Source: a virus
Taxonomy: Duplodnaviria > Caudoviricetes
Strand: one strand, 5' to 3'
Virus record (IMG/VR): IMGVR_UViG_3300006867_000035
Location: 1-32,436 of that record
DNA: 32,436 nucleotides
Positions 18,591-25,544 of this stretch are shown here, piece after piece. Within the stretch, counting starts at the first letter, position 1, and each line of letters begins with the position of its first letter. Made by a program: the position numbers and the translations under genes. A model generated the notes under the pieces. It did no database searches. It was not told the DNA's origin and saw nothing but the letters and a program-made list of their open reading frames with translations.

Positions 18591-19039
18591 GTGATTCACT
18601 CAAGCAAACAGTAACCTCGGAGCAGGCCGCACTACAGTCGTACCGCGACATCAAACAGATGATGAAGGACCACGGCTACTGTGTGGTCACGATCAGGGCT
18701 GGTGGCCGATCATTAGAACAGAACGCGCTCTACCATGTGTGGACGCAGGAGATCGCTGATAAGGTCAACAAGCATAACGGCTCTGACTTCAGTAAGGGTG
18801 AGATACACACTAAACTGAAGGCGATGTTCTTGGGCTATACCGAGCCTAAGCAGATCGGCAGTACAACAATACCGCCACAGTTGAAAAGCACCACTAAGCT
18901 AACGAAGGGCGAGATGTTTTTCTTCATGGAACAGGTGGAACACTGGGCTATCGATTCAGGGATCGCCTTATCGCACCCAGAAGACAACGAGTATTACCGG
19001 ACCAAACGCAAGCATGAAACCGGCGAACAGACGGTGTAA
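18587..19039 (+). CDS. ninB: NinB-like recombination protein
   Basis: Likely GTG 18587; 'RSLEQNALYHVW..EIA', 'STTKLTKGEM..FMEQVE.WA...GI.L'. Confidence 0.75.
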   Translation: MSDSLKQTVTSEQAALQSYRDIKQMMKDHGYCVVTIRAGGRSLEQNALYHVWTQEIADKVNKHNGSDFSKGEIHTKLKAMFLGYTEPKQIGSTTIPPQLKSTTKLTKGEMFFFMEQVEHWAIDSGIALSHPEDNEYYRTKRKHETGEQTV

Positions 19040-19616
19040 GCAATGCCGGAAGAAGGTTCCTGCTGACTCAGCCTTTGTGAGCCAGTTGCGAGCCTTCTGC
19101 TCTTTTGAGTGCCTATCACAGTTCACCAAATCTGAATGCGGTGCAAAGGCGATCACAAAGAACCGCATGGCAGAAACCCGCGAACGCAAGAAGAAACTCC
19201 TTACTCGGTCCGACTACCTCAAGCTAGCCCAAGCGGCCTTCAACGCATACATCCGATTCCGAGATCGAGACGATGCATGTATCTCCTGTGGCAATTTTAT
19301 CTTGGCAGATCAACCAGGCGGAGGATGGGACTGTGGTCACTACCGCTCCACTGGATCAGCACAGCATCTGAGAGTTGGAGGTCTGAGAGCTTGCCTGAAC
19401 GCGCACAAGCAATGTGTGAAGTGCAACCGATACCTCAGCGGCAACGTGGCAGAGTATCGCAGGGGACTGATCAGGAAGATCGGCCAAGAACTGGTAGACA
19501 TGATCGAGGCTGATCAAGAGACAAGGAATTACAGTTCTACTGACCTACAGCGCATCACCGAGATCTACCGCAAGCGCAAAAGAATCCATGAAAAGATCAT
19601 GAAGAAAAATCAATGA
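19014..19616 (+). CDS. ninG: NinG / Rap junction endonuclease
   Basis: 'CKQC', 'FCSFEC', 'AQAAFNAYIRFRD...CISCG', 'DCGHYRS.G', 'NAHKQC..CN..LSGN...YR..LI.KIG'. Confidence 0.92.
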   Translation: MKPANRRCKQCRKKVPADSAFVSQLRAFCSFECLSQFTKSECGAKAITKNRMAETRERKKKLLTRSDYLKLAQAAFNAYIRFRDRDDACISCGNFILADQPGGGWDCGHYRSTGSAQHLRVGGLRACLNAHKQCVKCNRYLSGNVAEYRRGLIRKIGQELVDMIEADQETRNYSSTDLQRITEIYRKRKRIHEKIMKKNQ

Positions 19617-19640
19617 CAATTAACTTCTTTATTGTCCGAT

Positions 19641-19733
19641 AAAAAAAGTAACAAAAAGTGTTGACATCATAAACACTATATGAGACTATAACTGTGTCGA
19701 ATGAAATGTAATTTAAATTTAAGGAGTTCCGAC
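19641..19733 (+). promoter_or_regulatory. Repeated early promoter/RBS cassette, copy 1
   Basis: AAGTAACAAAAAGTG-TTGACA(19661)-17-GACTAT, then TGTCG...AAATT.AAGGAG...CGAC-ATG. Confidence 0.75.
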
Positions 19734-20243
19734 ATGATCACAAACAAATGCCCAAACAATGTCAGCGTTAAGTTCCACAATCAGGTTGTGGAAATTGTCA
19801 CTGAGATGGCTAACGCTCTGATGAATGAGTGGGGTCACGATTTTCCATTGCTTATCAAAACCATTCATAACCGTGGCCGTTCTACGGGCGGTGGTTCTAA
19901 TAATCATGTGTGCATCTCTGATGCTTATGCTGTCCAGCCACGCAAGCGAGTCTACGAACTTGAAGAGTATGCGAGCATTGCCAATAAGCCAGTGATCGGA
20001 ACGATCAAGGGTGATCAGGAGACTGTACTCAAGGCGTTGTGCGCTCACGAGGTTGCTCACTGGTGGCATCATTCGCTACTGCAAAAGCAGTACGGGGAAA
20101 AAGGTTGGGGCAAGTACAAGACTGGCTTTGACGCTCCGCATGGTAAGCGGTGGCAGATGATCTACGCTGATCTGCGTACCATGTTTGTCAATCCAGAGAC
20201 TAGGGGTACAAACCCCTGGTGGCCGGATGAGGATGCGGCATGA
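19734..20243 (+). CDS. SprT-like zinc metallopeptidase domain protein
   Basis: Start ATG 19734 after AAGGAG; HExxH motif 'AHEVAH' and downstream 'PHGKRWQ'. Confidence 0.7.
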   Translation: MITNKCPNNVSVKFHNQVVEIVTEMANALMNEWGHDFPLLIKTIHNRGRSTGGGSNNHVCISDAYAVQPRKRVYELEEYASIANKPVIGTIKGDQETVLKALCAHEVAHWWHHSLLQKQYGEKGWGKYKTGFDAPHGKRWQMIYADLRTMFVNPETRGTNPWWPDEDAA

Positions 20244-20246
20244 TCA

Positions 20247-20269
20247 GAAGGGGCTACGGCCCCTTTTTT
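20247..20269 (+). terminator. Intrinsic terminator
   Basis: AAGGGGC-TACG-GCCCC-TTTTTT; 20 nt identical to the terminator at 13022. Confidence 0.85.
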
Positions 20270-20290
20270 AATGCCTAATAAAAATAATTG

Positions 20291-20380
20291 ATAAAAAGTA
20301 ACAAAAAGTGTTGCAATCTATCCACAGATTGGTATCCTATCTGTGTCGGGTAATTAAATTGAAATTGAGGAGAACACGAC
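20291..20380 (+). promoter_or_regulatory. Repeated early promoter/RBS cassette, copy 2
   Basis: AAGTAACAAAAAGTG-TTGCAA(20311)-16-TATCCT with extended TG; TGTCGGG..AATT.AA...AAATTGAGGAGAA..CGAC-ATG. Confidence 0.75.
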
Positions 20381-20557
20381 ATGACAAACACAAACTTCAA
20401 AGCTGGAAACACTGTCAACTGGTTAGTATTTGGTCAGGTTGCTTTACGCGGGTTGATTGTTAACCGCATCACTTTAGATCAAAAGTCTGCATGGGTAACT
20501 CTCCCAGATTCAGATGAAGAAATGATCGTAAAACTTGAAAACTTGGAGGCGGCGTAA
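20381..20557 (+). CDS. Small hypothetical protein, possibly SH3-like (58 aa, below ORF-track cutoff)
   Basis: SD GAGGAG; MTNTNFKAGNTVNWLVFGQVALRGLIVNRITLDQKSAWVTLPDSDEEMIVKLENLEAA*. Confidence 0.8.
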   Translation: MTNTNFKAGNTVNWLVFGQVALRGLIVNRITLDQKSAWVTLPDSDEEMIVKLENLEAA

Positions 20558-20578
20558 GCCGTCTCTCTGGAGATCATC

Positions 20579-20809
20579 ATGATTACAGATCAAGACATCC
20601 TCAACTCAATCAATAACGCAATTATGTCTAAGTTCTGCAAGGAGGCTAAGGTTGGCCGCATTGTCATGAACTCCTGGATTGCGCGTAATCAAGAACTCGC
20701 TGAGTATTTTGCCCAGGTTCGCTCTGACGTTATCAAGCAGGTTGCGAATGACCCAGAGTTTCTCAACGATCTTAAAAAGTCACTTGGTATTGCGGAGGCG
20801 CAGTCATGA
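20579..20809 (+). CDS. Hypothetical protein
   Basis: 76 aa; SD GGAG. Confidence 0.7.
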   Translation: MITDQDILNSINNAIMSKFCKEAKVGRIVMNSWIARNQELAEYFAQVRSDVIKQVANDPEFLNDLKKSLGIAEAQS

Positions 20810-21018
20810 ACACAATCAAAATCACATCTGAAACTGCTGACACACTCGCTGACTTCATGAGCGAGTATCAACCACACCTGAAGGACAAGCTCGTTGCTGA
20901 GGGTTTCGAGCCTGAAGAGGTGTCTGAGATCCTGAGCGCGTACCTGTCGATACAGGGCAACCTGATCGGCATGCTTGGCGAGAAGTCAGGCACATCGTTC
21001 TCAGTCGAGATACGGTAA
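20806..21018 (+). CDS. Hypothetical protein
   Basis: 70 aa; SD GGAGG; ATGA overlap. Confidence 0.7.
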   Translation: MNTIKITSETADTLADFMSEYQPHLKDKLVAEGFEPEEVSEILSAYLSIQGNLIGMLGEKSGTSFSVEIR

Positions 21019-21392
21019 TGTCCTACGATCCTTATAAGGCACTTGAGGCGTACATCGAAAGGGGGTATTTCGATGACGCTTTGAGGATGGTCAACGAGAT
21101 CGATGATGAGATTCTGAAAAGATTACGCTTCCTCGGTATATCTGAGGTAGAACGCTACACGCTGATGTCGAGGCGTACAGCGGCTGAGAAGCTACGCAAC
21201 ATCATCAAAACAAAGATCGAGGAGAGCAAAGTCAGGAAGCGCCGCGAGCAGGAGCAAAGAGAGCGAAAGCGCTCAGAGCGCATTGCTAAAAAACGATTGA
21301 CTGCATCTGCTGAGACTGAGTACCACATCGATCCAGAAATCCTGGCAATGGCCGAGGCAAACGAATACAACCAAGAGGAAATGTATCAATGA
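21018..21392 (+). CDS. Hypothetical coiled-coil protein
   Basis: 124 aa; TAATG coupling. Confidence 0.7.
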   Translation: MSYDPYKALEAYIERGYFDDALRMVNEIDDEILKRLRFLGISEVERYTLMSRRTAAEKLRNIIKTKIEESKVRKRREQEQRERKRSERIAKKRLTASAETEYHIDPEILAMAEANEYNQEEMYQ

Positions 21393-21619
21393 GTCAATAT
21401 AGTCAAATCCTAACTCACTTGAAAAAGCATGGGTCAATCGATCCAATGAAGGCACTGCACCGCTACGGCTGTTACCGTTTAGCGGCTCGCATTCAAGAGA
21501 TGCGACAGCGTGGTCAGCACATTGAAACCGTGATGATCAAGTTTGGTGAAGGCAGGCAACACGCTGAATATCGGTGGCGTGGTGAAAAAAGTTTGACAGA
21601 TAAATCAAACGGGGAGTAA
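21389..21619 (+). CDS. Winged helix-turn-helix protein
   Basis: 'SQ..QIL.HLK.HGSI.P..AL..YGCYRLAARI.E.R..G..I.T'. Confidence 0.8.
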   Translation: MSQYSQILTHLKKHGSIDPMKALHRYGCYRLAARIQEMRQRGQHIETVMIKFGEGRQHAEYRWRGEKSLTDKSNGE

Positions 21620-21622
21620 AGT
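21593..21622 (+). promoter_or_regulatory. Sigma70-type promoter into the non-coding region
   Basis: A-tract, TTGACA (21593-21598), 18 nt, TAAAGT (21617-21622); predicted +1 near 21629. Confidence 0.65.
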
Positions 21623-21710
21623 TTAAAACAGTGCCGGACGGGGTTTGCGAAGCCCCTAGCGAACCGGACTGAGACAAAGGTAAAGTACCCGTGACCGCAC
21701 TCCGGCACTG
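21620..21710 (-). ncRNA. Candidate ~85-90-nt counter-transcribed antisense RNA
   Basis: Starts just downstream of the minus-strand promoter; closed by a perfect 10-bp stem and followed by TTTTAAACTTT. Confidence 0.55.
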
Positions 21711-22020
21711 GTTCAAATTGTGACTAAAGCGTTCTTTTTAGTCAACATCTTTCCTAAAATCAGTCCGATTTTCTACCGTCAAAACAGTCGCATGGTGCTG
21801 TAGCACATTGAAGCCAGATATGACTCCAACCTTTGAGGGCGGGGACAAACAGCGTTAGAGGTGATGTGCCGACTGGCATGAATAGCGTACGCAAGTCGGG
21901 GATACGGTTGAGCTACCGCCAGAGATACCCACTGGGAAAGCACTGCTGATTACTGTGAGTCATTGGACGAGAAAGAAAGCATTAGAGTCTGGGGATATCA
22001 CCCTACGCCCTCTAAATGAC
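21629..22020 (+). ncRNA. Long structured non-coding RNA / leader (possible origin region)
   Basis: No credible ORF in ~420 nt of an otherwise packed genome; multiple stems: 21629-38/21701-10, 21640-56, 21721-28/21737-44, 21756-72, 21820-26/21957-63, 21869-74/21894-99, 21982-87/22010-15. Confidence 0.55.
21717..21745 (-). promoter_or_regulatory. Antisense sigma70-type promoter
   Basis: Minus strand TTGACT (21745-21740)-17 nt-CACAAT (21722-21717); overlaid by inverted repeat TGACTAAA/TTTAGTCA. Confidence 0.6.
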
Positions 22021-22037
22021 AACTACGGGCTGAAGAA

Positions 22038-22580
22038 ATGTTGATACAACTAAGTCGAGAAGACGTACACAAATGCACGATGCTTGGGATGGACACGGTC
22101 AAAGTGTGTGAAATGCAGGGATTTCCCCCCAGGCTTGAGAACAAAGGTCAATCTCGTGAAGAAGCAAATATTTTCGGCTTCAAGGCTGAATTTGCTGTCG
22201 CTAGGCTTTTCGATTTAGAGCCAACAGGACTCAGCATTACATCCGACTACGGCGTTGATCTTTGGATTCAAGATTTCCCGATTGACGTTAAGTTTACAAA
22301 CAAAATCGATGGCCCTTTGATTTTTGACAGCATGGATAAGTTCAAGTCTCAGATCGCTATATTGGTGAGCAGAACTGCTGATGATACAGTCATGAATATT
22401 TGTGGATGGATTGGCAAACCGATGTTTGAAAAACATCATAGAGTCCATAACTTTGGTTGGGGTGATAGGTTAGTGATTGATCAAGATCATTCTGCATTCT
22501 TGCCAATAGAAAGATTGTGGTGGCACATACAAACAAGAAAATTTGAGCCAAAGAAAAAGGAAATAAAAAATGAATCTTAG
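22038..22580 (+). CDS. Hypothetical protein, possible PD-(D/E)xK nuclease fold
   Basis: 180 aa; 'G.KAEFAVA...D.GVDL.....IDVK' pattern. Confidence 0.55.
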   Translation: MLIQLSREDVHKCTMLGMDTVKVCEMQGFPPRLENKGQSREEANIFGFKAEFAVARLFDLEPTGLSITSDYGVDLWIQDFPIDVKFTNKIDGPLIFDSMDKFKSQIAILVSRTADDTVMNICGWIGKPMFEKHHRVHNFGWGDRLVIDQDHSAFLPIERLWWHIQTRKFEPKKKEIKNES

Positions 22581-24093
22581 ACCACACCAGGAGCTAGCCA
22601 TTCAGATGCTCAGAGCAAGTCTGGCGTCAGGAAAGAAAAGACCACTACTCGCGGCTCCATGTTCATTCGGCAAGACAATCACAGCGGCGGCTATGCTCAA
22701 GTCAGCACTCGAAAAGGGTAAGCGTGGAATCTTCATCTGCGATCGCATCAAGCTCGTTCAGCAGAGCCTGGAGGCATTTGATCAGCATGGTTTACCTTTC
22801 GGTGTCATGCAAGGCAATCACGAGTTGGCAAATCCAAACGCGCCAATCCAGATCGCATCGATACAGACCTTGGCTCGCAGGAAGAACATGGTTGACTTTG
22901 ATTTTGCGATTGTGGACGAGGCTCACACACTGTACGAGTACCAGAAAAAGATGATGGAGGCGTATGACAACGTACCGTTCATCGGTCTGTCGGCCACTCC
23001 ATTCAGCAAGGGACTGGGTAAGTATTACGATGACCTGATCGTCCCAGCGACAGCGGAAGATCTGCTGGCTGAAGGGTATCTGTGTCCTGTTGACTACTAC
23101 GGCGGCAAACAAGTTGCACTAGAGGGAGTCAAGACGAGACAGCTATCAACCGGCGGGACTGACTACGATCCTGATTCTCTGGCAAGGGCCGTTGAAGAAG
23201 ACAAGACGCTCACTGGTGATATCGTGAAGAACTGGATGAAGCATGGCGCAGGCCGACAAACAATCGCGTTCTCTCCATCGATCAAGCACTCCAAGTTCCT
23301 GGTAGAACAGTTTAGAGCGGCAGGCATCAGCGCAGAACACATTGATGGATACATGGATGACGAGATCCGCCAAGAGATCTACGAGGCGCATGACGCAGGA
23401 GAGTTCTTGATCTTGTCATGTTCTCGACTACTGAACGTGGGCTATGACGCGCCCCAGGTTAGCTGTCTGATCGACTGCTTCCCGACTCGATCTTACATCG
23501 CATACGTCCAGAGAGCGGGCAGAATCATGCGTACATCACCCGGTAAGGAGAACGCTGTTTATCTCGATCATGCTGGTAACGTGAAGCGATTCGGTTTTGC
23601 TGAGTCGATCATCCCAGACGATCTAGACAACGGCGAGAAAAGATTCCAAGAGAAACAACAAGTTAAGGAAAAAAAGGAGGCCAAGGTCAAAGACTGCCCA
23701 CAGTGCTACCGACAGATGGTAGGTGTTCGCTGTTCTTGTGGGTACGAGATCCCAATGACAAAGCAGATCCAAACAGATGAGAGTGAGTTGGAGCGGCTGA
23801 CCAAGCAGGCGAACAAGGTCTACACACCACAACGTAAGTCGGAGTTCTACGGTGAACTGCTGTACTACGCCAACACTCGTGGTTACAGCCGTGGATGGGC
23901 GGCACATAAGTATCGGGCCAAGTTTGGTGTATGGCCTAACAAGGTGACACCTGTCGATGTGTACGGCATGTCGGACGAGGTGAGTCGATTCATTAAGAGC
24001 CAGAACATAAGAAGCGCATACGCAAGGATGAAGAATGACAGTAGAAACAATCCTCAACAAATTCAACAAGGTACGCAACTCAGGGCAGGATAA
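22570..24093 (+). CDS. Superfamily 2 DEAH helicase with C-terminal Zn ribbon
   Basis: 'LRPHQ', Walker A 'APCSFGKT', 'VDEAH', 'GLSATP', 'VGYDAP', 'QRAGRIMR', 'CPQC...CSCG'. Confidence 0.93.
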   Translation: MNLRPHQELAIQMLRASLASGKKRPLLAAPCSFGKTITAAAMLKSALEKGKRGIFICDRIKLVQQSLEAFDQHGLPFGVMQGNHELANPNAPIQIASIQTLARRKNMVDFDFAIVDEAHTLYEYQKKMMEAYDNVPFIGLSATPFSKGLGKYYDDLIVPATAEDLLAEGYLCPVDYYGGKQVALEGVKTRQLSTGGTDYDPDSLARAVEEDKTLTGDIVKNWMKHGAGRQTIAFSPSIKHSKFLVEQFRAAGISAEHIDGYMDDEIRQEIYEAHDAGEFLILSCSRLLNVGYDAPQVSCLIDCFPTRSYIAYVQRAGRIMRTSPGKENAVYLDHAGNVKRFGFAESIIPDDLDNGEKRFQEKQQVKEKKEAKVKDCPQCYRQMVGVRCSCGYEIPMTKQIQTDESELERLTKQANKVYTPQRKSEFYGELLYYANTRGYSRGWAAHKYRAKFGVWPNKVTPVDVYGMSDEVSRFIKSQNIRSAYARMKNDSRNNPQQIQQGTQLRAG

Positions 24094-24430
24094 GTGGAGG
24101 GTCCAGTGTCCAGTTCACAATGGCAAAGATTTCAACATGAGCATCAAGGAGTGCCAGGACGGCACAGTGTTGGCGCACTGCTTTGTGTGCGGAGCGGATG
24201 GACCAAAGCTCGTTGAGGCTCTCGGTCTGCCACTGTCCGAGATATTTCCGCCAGACAGTCAGTACATACGCCCGGTGTTCAGCAAGAAGATGCAACAGGA
24301 AGCCCTAGAAGACGAGATCGTTCTGAGCATAGCCGGTGAGACGAGAAAGCTCACATTAGAGGATAAGAGGCGCATACGACTGGCTAAGGCTCGACTTGAA
24401 GGCATCGAGCAAATAAAAAATGCATCATAA
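24035..24430 (+). CDS. Primase-type Zn-binding domain protein (no catalytic domain)
   Basis: 131 aa; 'W...CPVH......SI.E..DG.VL.HCF.CGA....V.ALGL...E.FP'. Confidence 0.8.
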   Translation: MTVETILNKFNKVRNSGQDKWRVQCPVHNGKDFNMSIKECQDGTVLAHCFVCGADGPKLVEALGLPLSEIFPPDSQYIRPVFSKKMQQEALEDEIVLSIAGETRKLTLEDKRRIRLAKARLEGIEQIKNAS

Positions 24431-24510
24431 GTAACAAAAAGTGTTGCATTCTTCTGTGGCTTTGTTATTATTTGGTTGTCGGGAATTGAAATGAAATTAA
24501 GGAGAACGAC
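24429..24510 (+). promoter_or_regulatory. Repeated early promoter/RBS cassette, copy 3
   Basis: AAGTAACAAAAAGTG-TTGCAT(24444)-16-TATTAT with extended TG; TGTCGGGAATTGAAATGAAATTAAGGAGAACGAC-ATG. Confidence 0.78.
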
Positions 24511-24723
24511 ATGAACAACAAAGCAAAAATCAAGAAAGCAGAATATATGGAATACATCAACGAAATTACTCGCAGAATTTGTCATGGCAAGTGTTTTGAG
24601 GTTGTAGCCGATCTTCCTGTTGGTACTGTGATTATGCATTTCCCTAACAAAGCAAAAATGCTTGATTTTTTGGATGGCATGTACGGCATCTACGGTGACA
24701 AGATTACATGGGAGGCCGCGTAA
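24511..24723 (+). CDS. Hypothetical protein
   Basis: 70 aa; SD AAGGAG; ends WEAA* within a hairpin. Confidence 0.8.
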   Translation: MNNKAKIKKAEYMEYINEITRRICHGKCFEVVADLPVGTVIMHFPNKAKMLDFLDGMYGIYGDKITWEAA

Positions 24724-24741
24724 GCGGCCCTAGGGGGAATC

Positions 24742-24849
24742 ATGCCAGAAGCATTCGTTTTAGTTTTCGGCCTCTCTATTGCATTCGTAATAGCAGGGGT
24801 CATTGGTATTGTCGGTGATTACCTAGTTAACAAGTGGGGTGGCGAATGA
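24742..24849 (+). CDS. Small single-TM protein (35 aa, below ORF-track cutoff)
   Basis: SD AGGGGG; MPEAFVLVFGLSIAFVIAGVIGIVGDYLVNKWGGE*; ATGA overlap with the next gene. Confidence 0.7.
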   Translation: MPEAFVLVFGLSIAFVIAGVIGIVGDYLVNKWGGE

Positions 24850-25181
24850 AACATTTTGATGTAAACACTCTTCTCGTTGAAGACAATGAAGAGTATGAGA
24901 TCACACTGCGTGGGATGGACATCAAGCGCATAGTGCAATTGATCAGCGACAACGCACAGTCGCAGGGTGGGTTTATCCATAGGTCAGCCGTTCGTAGTAA
25001 GCATGAGCCATTCCACTCAATCGTGCAGACAGATGGTGACACTGAGGACATGATCCACAACGAGGTCATTCTCAGGGCTTTGCAGGATGCAGAGGAGGAA
25101 GATATTCCTGATGAGTCGTTCACTGGATGGAGCAATCGCCAAATCTATAAGCCAGAAAAACGGTGCGGGGGAGCATTCTGA
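24846..25181 (+). CDS. Hypothetical acidic protein
   Basis: Likely start ATG 24846 (MKHFDV...). Confidence 0.65.
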   Translation: MKHFDVNTLLVEDNEEYEITLRGMDIKRIVQLISDNAQSQGGFIHRSAVRSKHEPFHSIVQTDGDTEDMIHNEVILRALQDAEEEDIPDESFTGWSNRQIYKPEKRCGGAF

Positions 25182-25366
25182 TGAGCCTTGCAAACTATCC
25201 AACATGTCCTCACTGTGGTCTGCGCGTTCTACCAGACCATTTAGAGAAAGGCGATGAGGTCTGCATACACTGTGGACCGACTCGTGATCTAGACACATAT
25301 GGCGAGTTAGAAAAAGAACGCTACAACAATTGGAAGGCCGAGAATGAACAACAAGGCAATGAATGA
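25181..25366 (+). CDS. Zn-ribbon protein
   Basis: ATG 25181 after GGGGGAG; CPHCG...CIHCG. Confidence 0.7.
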   Translation: MSLANYPTCPHCGLRVLPDHLEKGDEVCIHCGPTRDLDTYGELEKERYNNWKAENEQQGNE

Positions 25367-25544
25367 GCCAACAGTGGACGATGTGATGAGCTACTGGAGC
25401 AAGTGCGGCTCGATCAAGGACACCGCACAACACTTCAAAAAGACCTACAAGTCAGTCGAGATCATGGTTGCACGTTACAAGCATAACTATGAGCGTAGCT
25501 TCAACTTTCCGCACATCATCCACGCCAAGAGGTTCGGCGCGTGA
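25359..25544 (+). CDS. Small HTH-like protein
   Basis: 'GSIKDTAQHFKKTYKSVE.MV.RY'; start at 25359 or 25344. Confidence 0.55.
   Translation: MNEPTVDDVMSYWSKCGSIKDTAQHFKKTYKSVEIMVARYKHNYERSFNFPHIIHAKRFGA

Noticed and set aside
21629-21710. Assignment of the stem-loop to the known C4 antisense RNA family
   Set aside because: Overall shape is loosely similar but I cannot match C4 sequence motifs or an ant/icd context; left unassigned pending an Rfam scan.
21700-21720. GGTTCAAAT resembling a tRNA T-loop
   Set aside because: No paired T-stem, D-arm, anticodon arm or CCA; it is the discriminator region of the antisense promoter.
19641-24510. Repeated AAGTAACAAAAAGTGTTG as a CRISPR array or att site
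   Set aside because: Copies are 0.65 and 4.1 kb apart, each abuts a -35 box, and no cas or integrase gene is present.
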